Below, piece after piece: positions 12,903-23,362 of a stretch of DNA of 64,000 nucleotides (position 1 is its first letter; every line of letters starts with the position of its first letter). The stretch comes from Octopus sinensis (taxonomy: Eukaryota), in contig NC_043013.1 in the NCBI RefSeq assembly GCF_006345805.1, positions 1,488,001-1,552,000 on the forward strand, in the 5' to 3' direction. Made by a program: the position numbers and the translations under genes. Under the pieces are notes generated by a model. The model was not told where the DNA came from. It was given only the letters and a program-made list of their open reading frames with translations, and ran no database searches.

Positions 12903-14383
12903 AGCCATTCACTGAATTTAGACTTTTGTTTTGTTTTGTGGACTGTATGTGTGGCCAGCTCTCCCTTTTTGAAAGCCTATTTACAAGTCACAACACAGTT
13001 TGTTTTCAAATACGAGAAAATTGAACACTTTCCTTTCGTTGTTCATTGCTCGAAATGAATTTACGATTAATACCAAAGCTAACAAAACATCTTTATCGAC
13101 TAAAATATGTGAATACAACTCTGTCACATCAAATATAAACTCACTAAAATGTAAAGATTTTGTACTTTGTTCTTGGTAAGTTTCTCAATTAATTGTTTCC
13201 AGATCAGCTAAGGAAAAAGAAGTTTGGCATTGAAACTCTGAACTTGCAGAATATTTGGCTGTTATTATCTCTACTCGAGTATTCCATAAGTGAGTTAGGC
13301 AACGATCGAACTATCACATCTTTTTAAGGTATAGTCCAGTTAGGACAACATTATTTAATCCGTTTTTTGTTAAGACGCTAAGATACTTTAATAATTTACA
13401 AGACCGAGATCAAAGTAAAAATATTCAAACAATTTATAGAAGCGTTTCAGTTGACAGCGTTTATTTTTCAGAGACAACAAACAGAACTTCTTCAGTTTCA
13501 CTGAATATCATCAGATTTCGGTAAATTTTCGATGAAATAACTTTCGGTTTACGATTCCGTCAAAAAAGTATTTTCTTTCCATAGAAAACCGTAACAACAG
13601 AAGAAATATTGACGCTAAAATATGGGGACAGAGTCGAGCTGTAAATTACCGTGAAATACTACCATTTTGATACCATATCAAATGAATTGTAAAAAGTTAT
13701 CTATTTGAGCTACTATATTTTTTAAAATCTGTCTTTTTACTTAGGTGTCGTCTGAGCGTGATTCAACATTTTTTCTTGATACTGGGATTTTAAAGTACTT
13801 AAACCATGGTGCTACCATCCCGCCGGAACATTACCGGTCATATTTGGAAAATATTTAAATTTATTTCACGAGAGCCAGAATAGACTACTGGACGAAATAC
13901 CTTGCGGCATATAGTTACGACCCTTTAAGCTCCCTGTTCAAATTCAATCGTGGCTAACTTTACTTGTCATTCCCACCCCATCTCATAGTTAATGAAATGA
14001 AATCGAGTACCAGCATCGGTTTAATCGACTGCTTTCGGCCCCTCACTGTGTGACACTGAACCAATTTTGTAAATTCATATTATATCTTGGAATTTGGTTA
14101 GATTTGAAATTAATTCTAAAGATTCTTTGAATATTTTTGGTCTCCCATTTTTGGTTTATATTCTTCTTTAATATAAACATTTATTCTTTTGCGCTGTAAA
14201 GTTTCTATTATCGCATCACAGTTTCTCCTGTCCCAGAAGATGATATTTCCCCTCTAATCAGAACTTTTCCATGTTGTTCCACTTTGGTCGTTAGGTGTCG
14301 TCTCATAACTCCTTTCGTAAGAGTTCCTACATCTGCATTATCTATTATTAACGCAATTCTTTAATTGGTCCAATTATTTCTTA

Positions 14384-14600
14384 GATGTTAGGTTATTGGA
14401 CTCAAGATTGTGGTTTCGATTCCTGTACCGTGCGATGCGTTGTGTTCTTGAGCAAAACACTTTATTTCATGTTTCTTCAGTTCGCTCAGCTGGCAAAAAT
14501 GAGTCACCCTCCGATGGACCGGCGTCTCATCCAAGGGGAATACATAAACGCTAGAGAAACAGGGAAGCCGGCTCTGTGCTCCTTACAGAGTAACGCGGAT
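14384..14600 (+). mobile_element. CORE-like tRNA-derived SINE
   Basis: GGTTTCGATTCC B box followed by TTGTGTTCTTGAGCAAAACACTTTATTTCA, as at 35510-35620 and 47395-47470 (minus). Confidence 0.7.
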
Positions 14601-15029
14601 TAACCCTTGCTCACATCTGCTCCAGTGAAATCCCTGCATCGTGTAACATAATCCCTGATATACAACAGTTTTGTTTCAATAATCTTATAATAAATGATTG
14701 GACGAACTGTATTTCCATTTACAATAATATTCAGTGAACATTACAGTAATTTTATTCTCAACATAGGTTTTTACAAAATAGCTTCATTTTCTGTTTAGAA
14801 TGAGACAATTCATATAACTTAGTTTTCAAGAACAAAATAAAACATGTTTGATTGACTGCACAAACAGTAATAAACACGGAACGTTAACTACAAGAACACA
14901 AGAAAACATATAAGGTGGACATCAAAGACGGAATGAAACGTATAACTCAGACGGCAAGTATAAAGAAATATTACAGGAAGACTGTAAGTACAGCAATAAT
15001 TATATAGGTGAGATTTCAAATACTTAGAA

Positions 15030-15460
15030 AAAGCATGACACTTAGGTTTCAAGATCTGAGGAAGGCATGAAAGTTTGATATTATTGACAGAGAAAGCGTA
15101 TAATTTATATTTTCAAAGTTATGTAAAAAAAAAAATAGTAATAATGAAAGATTTTGGTTTTGAAAAACTACAGAAATTGTTCTTCGACAACTGGAGAAAG
15201 CATCTAAACTTTTAAAGATAAAAAAAAGCACCAAGCTTTTAATGGCAGAGTAAAAATATGGAAGTTATTTGTTAAAGATAGCTGAAAATGTACAGATTTT
15301 AACAATAGCGGAAATAAATAATCTAGTTTTTATTTGAATGAAACATTGCGAATTATTTGAAATATATTTACTTAGATACAAAGTTAAAAATGTATTGTTT
15401 GGCCATTAGAGATGATTACCGTTTATATTATGATCTGGAAAATTAAAAGTTGGGCCTTAA
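15030..15460 (+). mobile_element. Highly decayed RTE-like RT remnant
   Basis: FQDLRKA*KFDIIDRE and LEKASKLLKIKKSTKLLM resemble RT motifs; many disruptions. Confidence 0.3.
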
Positions 15461-16389
15461 TTAAGGTTATAATTTTTCGGACCATTAACTTCATCTTTAG
15501 AGATTAATATTAAAAAAGAAACAAAAAACAAAACAAATATTTAGATCTCCACAACGTTTTGTTCGGAGATCAAAGCGACCAAAACGTACTGTAGAAGTAG
15601 ATATTAAAAATTGCTTTCATCTTTAAAGATGAAGTTATATTATATAACAAGAACTCATCTCAGAAATTTATACATTTAATTGAGCTTTGAAGTTAAAAGC
15701 CTAGCTGGTATTTTTGAATTTGTATGTGTGTTAAAAGAATAGAGTCTTATAATAAAAGTAGGCTTTGTAAGTGGATAGATAACTGTGTGTAAAGTGCAGT
15801 GGATATTTGTGTGGAGAAATATATAATATGGTTTCATAATGGATGAACAATCTGTAATGTGAAGTAAAAGTATGTAATAGAAAACGACGGATGTGATGTG
15901 TATTTTAGAGCTTCAGTGAATATAATTCGGGATAGAGGAAAGGATATTACGTAAACTTCATTTTTTTTCTAGCCATTTTGTACTTTGTGTAAATATTCTT
16001 TTGTATTGATTTCTCGTTTGATGTTAGTTTATCAGTCTTGCTAAGTGTCAACTAGATGTAGAACTGTGTCGCAAAGAATATTAATTGCACTTTAAAAGAC
16101 GATACTCTCTTTGTCCTTATTTTACCATCTATTCCAGGTATCTTGTTGTCTGTAACCGCAGCAAATACAGGTTAATGAATTAAATAGGAACCAATATTAA
16201 GTTCAGGTTTCATTTTAATTCTGATACGGTTGACCTTAAGGTAGATTAAATTAGAATATACCAGCTGTGTTCAGCTAGCATCATTCAGCGTAACAGTATT
16301 CGGTAACGAACAGTTTCTTGTGCTCCTAAATACAATGTGTAGCTCAAAACAAAGATTCTTACTAACAAAATACGATGAAAGGAAATCAT

Positions 16390-16395
16390 TTTATT
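16390..16395 (-). promoter_or_regulatory. Candidate polyadenylation signal of the SOSTDC1-like gene
   Basis: AATAAA on the minus strand ~770 nt after the stop, followed by a U/GU-rich stretch; not verified. Confidence 0.3.
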
Positions 16396-17161
16396 CTAAA
16401 TCTTGGAGGTAAACTTGATAGAGGAAAGTAGAAATTTGGCGCGGGAGAATTGCTAGTGCCATGACTATAGATCGAACCTGGATTATAACCAGTCAAATGT
16501 GTAAGTTATATCACCTTTTCGCATTCAAACAGGCATATACACCCATACTTGTACAGATACGCGCGCAAACACACAATATAGAATATATGTACATATTGTT
16601 CTAGCTGACAAAGCAAACTTAGGCTTAGATAAAGCCTTTGACGGATGCTTGGTCAATGGTTTTGTGATAAAAATAGTCTTCTGGTATTTACATTGTTCCT
16701 TCAAGAGAATAAAAGGAAATAAAAAAAAAACAACAAAATTCTGTCTCCAAACCTGAAAGTTTGGAACAGATTGGTGTCAATGGTCAGACGCTGTCAGCTG
16801 GTTGCCTCCTACCGAACATCCACGTCATGAAGAACTCTTGGCGCCAGACAGGCTTTAGGGGAGCTATATTTCAGGAGAATTATATCACTTAGCATTGCTT
16901 TCTTTGTATCTACCATTTTTCTCTGTGAATTGAACGATGTTGTCGTCATATCATGTTAAAGTCTTTACAACGTAGCTTTCCAATCCGAATGACTGCAATG
17001 AGGATAAGACAAAAACAACACAGTTTGTCCAATCTATAATGGCTCTTGATGTCTTAAATCATACCATTCAGTTTTTACACTTTTAAGGGTCAGTTACAAC
17101 CCTTAGCTGTTTACCATTCTTCTCCTTTCACATTTAACACATATACATCTGCTTCCAAAGC

Positions 17162-17586
17162 TCAGTTAGTTTTTCTTAAAGTCTTATTTTTTCGGTTTTT
17201 ACGGCTTTTTGTGCGTCTGCCGCGCTTTCGATGTCTTCTCGATTTTCTTGATGTCTTATACTTTATTTTATAATCAGATCTGTTCTCATTCGCATGATAA
17301 CGTTTACAAGTGCAGCTTTTAACAACTTTAATGTTATAATATTTTATTTGTCCATCATTGCACAAAAGAGGTACTTCTTTCCGACGAATGCGTTCTTCAA
17401 CACACCGCCATTCCAGAATTTTTGTTCGAGACCAATATTTAACATATTCTGCGTACCAAGGCAATTTATCTATCGGTAAACAATAACCAGTACATATCAT
17501 TTCCATCACTGGCTTTATTGACGTACAAGATCCATCAGAAATATATTTCTTTGACCGCAGCTCCTTGCAGCCCATTTGAATATCAT
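17162..17586 (-). CDS. SOSTDC1: Terminal coding exon of a sclerostin/SOSTDC1-like secreted cystine-knot protein (DAN/CAN family)
   Basis: DDIQMGCKELRSKKYISDGSCTSIKPVM EMICTGYCLP..KYWSRTKILEWRCV..LLCNDG..YNIKVVKSCTCKRY closely parallels vertebrate SOSTDC1 (VGCRELRSTKYISDGQCTSISP..CAGEC..KYWSRR..EWRCV..CKCKRY, recalled). Eight Cys with CxGxC and CxC; pyrimidine-rich acceptor ttcttttctctcttttcAG ends at 17587; phase-1 start; TGA at 17162-17164. Likely the single pro-ortholog of SOST/SOSTDC1. Confidence 0.93.
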
Positions 17587-17708
17587 CTGAAAAGAGAGAA
17601 AAGAAATAATTGTAAACAAACTGGGTTTGTGTCAATTTCGTGACGGTTCTTATAACCAGTAAATGATAAATGAATTCGTTTATATCTGTATATATATATA
17701 TATATTAT

Positions 17709-17811
<103 letters not shown>

Positions 17812-17864
17812 TGTATGTGTGCGTGCGTGCGTGCATTCCTAGCTCTCCTGTCTGACCTCTCCTG

Positions 17865-18065
17865 TCCGGCCATTGCCATGATGACCGCTAGCTACTACAG
17901 CTTTTTAAAAATTCTCTCTGTTTATTTACTCACGTTCCTTTCTGGTTGAAGAGCGTAGGCTCGAAATGTAAAAGACTTTTTCACCTTCCCGAGCGTTAAA
18001 TTAATACGCCTGTTTGTTGTTTACACACTTGTCTTCGTTTTTCGTTGTTTTGTAAATTCCAAGTA
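17865..18065 (+). repeat. Family A hammerhead-bearing short repeat
   Basis: TTCCTTT-CTGGTTGA-A-GAGC-GTAG-GCTC-GAAAT-GTA-AAAGAC at 17935-17976 (core has a 1-nt insertion). Confidence 0.7.
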
Positions 18066-18174
18066 TATATATATAGTTAAGCCAAACATGAAAACACAAA
18101 GAGAAAACACAACAACGCGAGGACGTGGAACAAATATAGTATTATTGGACGCTCAGGAAGGAAGGGAAGAAGGA

Positions 18175-18213
18175 GGGTTTAACGTTTCGAGCGGAGCTCT
18201 TCGTCAGAAACTC
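18175..18213 (-). ncRNA. Minimal type-I hammerhead ribozyme motif with canonical core (family B repeat, 18085-18285)
   Basis: Reverse complement: GAGUUU-CUGACGA-A-GAGC-UCC-GCUC-GAAAC-GUU-AAACCC. Stem I and stem II pair; stem III is reduced to the ACGU palindrome. Confidence 0.7.
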
Positions 18214-18288
18214 AGGAAAAGGAAAGATCCAGAGAAGGGAAGACGGAGGGAAAAATCGCCAACGGTACACACGCGGTCACATTGTATG

Positions 18289-18322
<34 letters not shown>

Positions 18323-19599
18323 ATACAATATATACATACATAAATATATACATACATGCGCGCGCACACACACACATTCGTCTGCTTCCAAAGTTCAGTG
18401 TGTGTGTATAAGAGTGTATATATGTATATGTGCGTGTGTGTGAATACGTATTTGTGTATGTATGTATGTATGTATCTATATATTTATCGATCTAAATCTC
18501 TGTTGATTCAACAGAAGCAATAAATTACAGTACTCAATACAAACGTAGAGTATTCCTTAATACTTTAGAAACGAAAAGCTCCGACTCCCAGTACTCGCAG
18601 TTACTCTTCTCCGATCATCAGCTGGAAAACCGAGCTTGGTATTCTTTTGAAAATATATATTGTGTGAAAAGATTTTTGAAAAATATAGAAAAAGTTTGGA
18701 GAAAAAGCTTATCCTTATGTTCATCTGTTTGAAAACCTTTGTGAACGAGACGGGCGAAAACGGCTGCTTCAAGCTCACGCTTTTGATTTTCTTGTCTCGC
18801 TTTCGTGGTAATATTATTATAAACATCATAAACTCCAGGACAAGCGAAGAGTGTTGGAAATCGGATCCTTTCAATCCTCTATCCATATATGTATATTCAT
18901 GGGCACACACACACACACACACACATACGTGCGGAACTGGTAAGGAATAATAGAGATGATTTAAAATACCAATGTTACAAAACCATCTTTAATTGAAAAA
19001 AAAAAGAAAAGAAAAGATTTTTATGAAATTAAGCACGAAATAAGATACAACAAAGCATGTTGAGCAGGACACGTGTTTGACGAGTTTTTGTGATGTTGAG
19101 TATCTGTATTCGCTAGTAAAGACACTCATTCATTGTGAAATCCATTATCTGTAGCAATTTTGAGGGCTTTTGTTGCGCGCTGTGTATGTTTAGCGCGGTA
19201 GGTTGCAATAATGTTTCGTTGATATGCTTAGTTAACTGTGATTAGCGAATGCAGAGAGAGAAGACTTCTCATCTCTCTGTCATAGTTTGATGTGTATACG
19301 TGAGCAGCTTTAAGCCAATCAGTTGAGCTCTCTTTGGACGTCGTCTAGTCTGTTCGTGTGTCAGGAATAGCACCGTCCTAGATATGTGAACAAACAAAGA
19401 AATAAAAAAACTAATTTGTTTTGATATCATTACCAGGAAGCAGAGGCTTGAAACTGTTGCATCTGAATTTAGGTAAAAATGGCACAGGTAAAATGGCAAA
19501 ACAAGCTTAATGGCACAATAAATTCGTAGTCCGTATTTTACCAGTTACATTCTTTACTTTATGCATACAGATACATACATACATATTTATATAAATATA

Positions 19600-19736
19600 T
19601 AATTGGAATTTACAAAAAACAAAAGACGAAGACGTGTGTGTAAACAACAAATATGTATTAGTTTAACACTCAGGAAGGTGACAAAGTTTTTTTACATTTC
19701 GAGCCTACGCTCTTCAACATAAAGGAACACAAAAAT

Positions 19737-19798
<62 letters not shown>

Positions 19799-19880
19799 TA
19801 AAAAGAATTAGTGGCTAGGAATCAATCATGGCGAATACCGGACAGAGGTGGTTAGACAGGAGAGCTAGGAAGAAGAGGAA
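19600..19880 (-). repeat. Family A hammerhead-bearing short repeat (degenerate core) with internal (GA)n
   Basis: Reverse complement of 19688-19728: TTCCTTT-ATGTTGA-A-GAGC-GTAG-GCTC-GAAAT-GTA-AAAA. Confidence 0.7.
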
Positions 19881-20062
19881 ATAATAAAGTAGTGGTGATC
19901 CCAAAACGAATGTGTGCGTGCGTACGTGAGAGCGTGTGGATAGGGGCTGGTGATCTTGACGTGTGTGTGTGCATGTGTAGGTGTGTGGATGATGGTGTGG
20001 GTGCTGGGAAGTGGTCAGAGAGAGAGAGAGGGTGAATGTATGTATATGTATGTCTGTCTCTG

Positions 20063-20124
<62 letters not shown>

Positions 20125-20198
20125 GTATTATATAACGCTATACATACATATATCTAGGTATTTGAATGCAGGTTTGTGTATGTATATTTGCATGTGTG

Positions 20199-20251
<53 letters not shown>

Positions 20252-21539
20252 TTTTATTTGTTTCAGTCATTGATAAAAAAATTACAGAATAAGCCCGTCG
20301 CATATATGTATATATAAATGGTGACTTTATTTTACTTCTTTTGACAGTAGAGTTTATTTCATTCAGTAAGCTTATTCTGTAATTTTTAACCTATTCTTTC
20401 ACTTATGTCATTTCTATCTGTACCGTTTTTACCCGCGCCATTATTACCGTTCACCGCTGCAGCCGTTGCATGGACGTAGAGAAAAGGAAAAAGGCGACGA
20501 AAGAGCAAAACAAACAATTTATGGGAAAATGTTTAACTTATGTAATATATCATAAAATTGATTTATGAATATTTTTCACCGAAAATATTGAAAGATTGAA
20601 ACCTTTTTAAATTCTTTGTTTTACAACATTGTAGTAAAGTAAATTATAATTAATTATATCGTAATACATTAAACTATATCAAGGTAATCATCCTTCCACC
20701 ACCGCCCGACGTTTAAAATGAATAATATATATCCAGATATCAAGAATCGAGGGAATTTTGTGCTCATTCAGCCTGCTAGAAATAGAAGCTAAATATCCCA
20801 CAAATCCCCCACCCTCGTCTTTAAAAGGAAGAACATACTGTATTATGTACGGATTCTGAATTCTGTGACAGGCTGTGTCTAAAAAGACAGGATGGTCTCT
20901 CTAAAATGTCCGTGATCAGAGATGTTTTTGAAGGGTTAAATAACAAGTGGGGAAATGTTGAGAAAAAGCCGTTTTTTAAAGACTTTACCTGGTTTCTCTG
21001 GTTGTTATTTCATTTGTACTTTACAAATGAGTTGGCATTTGAAATCAGCCTTTCAAATGCTCGTTTTTTTTTTTATCAGATTTCGACCAATACATTTTAT
21101 TTTGATTTGTGTATTTCTTTGTTCCATTAAATTCTTAAACATATTTGATGATGAATCAATCATTATTGAATTTCTTAATACTTTGCCTGTGCTCCTGCCA
21201 ACTCATTATATTCTGAGTTCGAATTCTGCCGAGCCCTTCAACCCTTTGGGATCGATAAAATAATATCAAGCAAGTACTGGAGTCGATGTAATCGGCTCCT
21301 CCACCCTGCCACCTAATATTAGCGGCCTCGGGCCAACAATATTTTGTCCATCTTTTTAAATCTTTTTAGAAAGAAATTGAATTTAAAAATCAAATTTATT
21401 TATTTGCTTACATTTTAATCAGACTTTGCTCCACCATCGACACACCACTCCCAACACTGATTTTCAGCTTTAGAACGAGTTCTCCAACGTTTTCAAGAAT
21501 GGCGTTTAGTTCTTGGAGCTATTTTTGGGGTCTCTTTTA

Positions 21540-21860
21540 TTGTCTCATATCAGTAACCTTTCGGGTGTGAATTTCCGCTTTGGGAACTAAAAAATTCGCA
21601 GATTTTTTATGATGTTTAATTTTTCTGTGATACAGAGGTTGCATATACTCCCTCATCACTTGTATTTGTTGGCCTTTGCTATGATGTTTTAGTTTTGTCT
21701 GGAGGTTGTCCACGTCCAAATATTTAGGGTTCCATACCATATTACACAAAGATGCTTTTCACCCCTCGTCAGTGAAACTATTAATGTTGAAGTCTTGGAA
21801 TAATTAGGTCTAATCAAAAATGGATGCGATTGCCAGATTCCTCAATGCTTGACCACTTGT
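21540..21860 (-). mobile_element. Decayed Penelope-like element, GIY-YIG C-terminal region
   Basis: NIIAKANKYK**GSICNLCITEKLNIIK matches the PLE W.I..KA..Y....CNLCL.EK motif; upstream INSFTDE..SLCNMVWN. Confidence 0.6.
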
Positions 21861-22300
21861 GAATTTTCTTTTTTACACACGAAACCATTTGTAGCATGCT
21901 TGACCCCCAAATAAAGAATATTTATCCACCAAATGCGTCGTTGAGCATTTATTCTCACTTTTCGATACCATTGAAATGAGTTCAAAATTTCTTAGTCTAA
22001 CTTGGATAAAGCGCCCTCTTAACAACACAGAAGCTGCAAATCGAACACCACTGTTTGCTACGTCTGAGTTAGATGTTCGAAAAATATACATTTTGTAATA
22101 AATGTGTTTTTCGCAGAAATGAATTTCACTCGAAAAGTAATGTATCTCGCACGTGGACTGAAACAGCTCCTTCATCTGTTTTGAATATAACTTGACAATA
22201 TAGATCTAAAGCATTTTTTAAATACTATCATTGCTCTAGACCGATAGCCGCTAAAGCTTTTTTTATATTCTCTCTCTGTTTATTTTATCGTGTTTCTTTC

Positions 22301-22500
<200 letters not shown>

Positions 22501-23055
22501 GAGTGAGAGAGCAGTTCATGCCATCAAAGTGACACTGGGGTAAAATATACGAAGCCCAATATACCCATCATGACTACCCGTCTGATAAAGGTACACCAGG
22601 CACATGCATCACAACCATATGTGCGCGACATGGTGATCTCATATCAAGATAAACAGCACATGACCTTGCAGGTGGGGCCCAGTTAGAATTTTCTTCAGGT
22701 TGAGTAGCCCATCCCGCTCAAACGGTCCCTGAATAAGGGTTGTTTAAGGATGTTGAAAGAACCACCCATGTTTCCAGAGGTGAACTATTCAAACCCCAAA
22801 GAATCCCTCTCAACACATGGCTATGATGCTCCCCCACTACTTCTGCTCGTGATCAGAGATGCACATATCGTCAGCCACTAAGGGACATGCTCAACTGGTT
22901 AAAGTCAAACAACTGACAAGCAAATCTGTGGTATTGAGCAGAATATTTGCTGTAGCCCATCTTTCATACCAAGACTAAACAATGTACATGATAACACTTC
23001 CAATCAGTTAAGATCAGAAGCCATGAGAGCCACTGCCTGGTACTGCATCAGGGAA
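22501..23055 (-). mobile_element. ~550-bp non-coding interspersed element flanked on both sides by (TAA)n (second copy 43012-43564)
   Basis: End-to-end near-identical to the reverse complement of 43012-43564; strand inferred from the shared (AAT)n polarity. Confidence 0.85.
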
Positions 23056-23082
23056 TTATTATTATTATTATTACTATTATCA

Positions 23083-23136
<54 letters not shown>

Positions 23137-23158
23137 TATTATTATTATTATTATTATA

Positions 23159-23310
23159 ACATCGAAAAATACCTTAAGAATGAGAACGCAGGTTCGAAAT
23201 TCCCGCAAGACACCTGATGAAGGCCGCTAGGGTATATCAGCCGAAACATGTTAACAACAAGCAAGATGAGGACAAATATCCGTCGAATGTAAATAATGTA
23301 AATAATATTT
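23159..23310 (+). repeat. Family C hammerhead-bearing repeat (stem I disrupted)
   Basis: GACAC-CTGATGA-A-GGCCG..CAGCC-GAAAC-ATGTT at 23209-23252; homologous to 40075-40245 and 40487-40625. Confidence 0.75.
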
Positions 23311-23318
23311 TCTGTAAA

Positions 23319-23331
23319 GTATGTATGTATG

Positions 23332-23362
<31 letters not shown>

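Noticed and set aside
18557-18922. 121-aa minus ORF as the first coding exon
   Set aside because: It begins in a (TG)n tract, has no clear signal peptide, and its good GTGAG donor is phase 0 in this frame, incompatible with the phase-1 acceptor.
19269-19499. ORF with LNSDATV, resembling the SOST/SOSTDC1 NDATE motif, as exon 1
   Set aside because: The motif precedes rather than follows the hydrophobic stretch, the ORF start overlaps a repeat motif, and no convincing phase-1 donor was found.
22501-23055. Coding capacity or a hammerhead within the 550-bp element (CTGATGCAG near one end)
   Set aside because: No frame gave a recognisable protein, and no paired stem II plus GAAA follows the CTGATG string.
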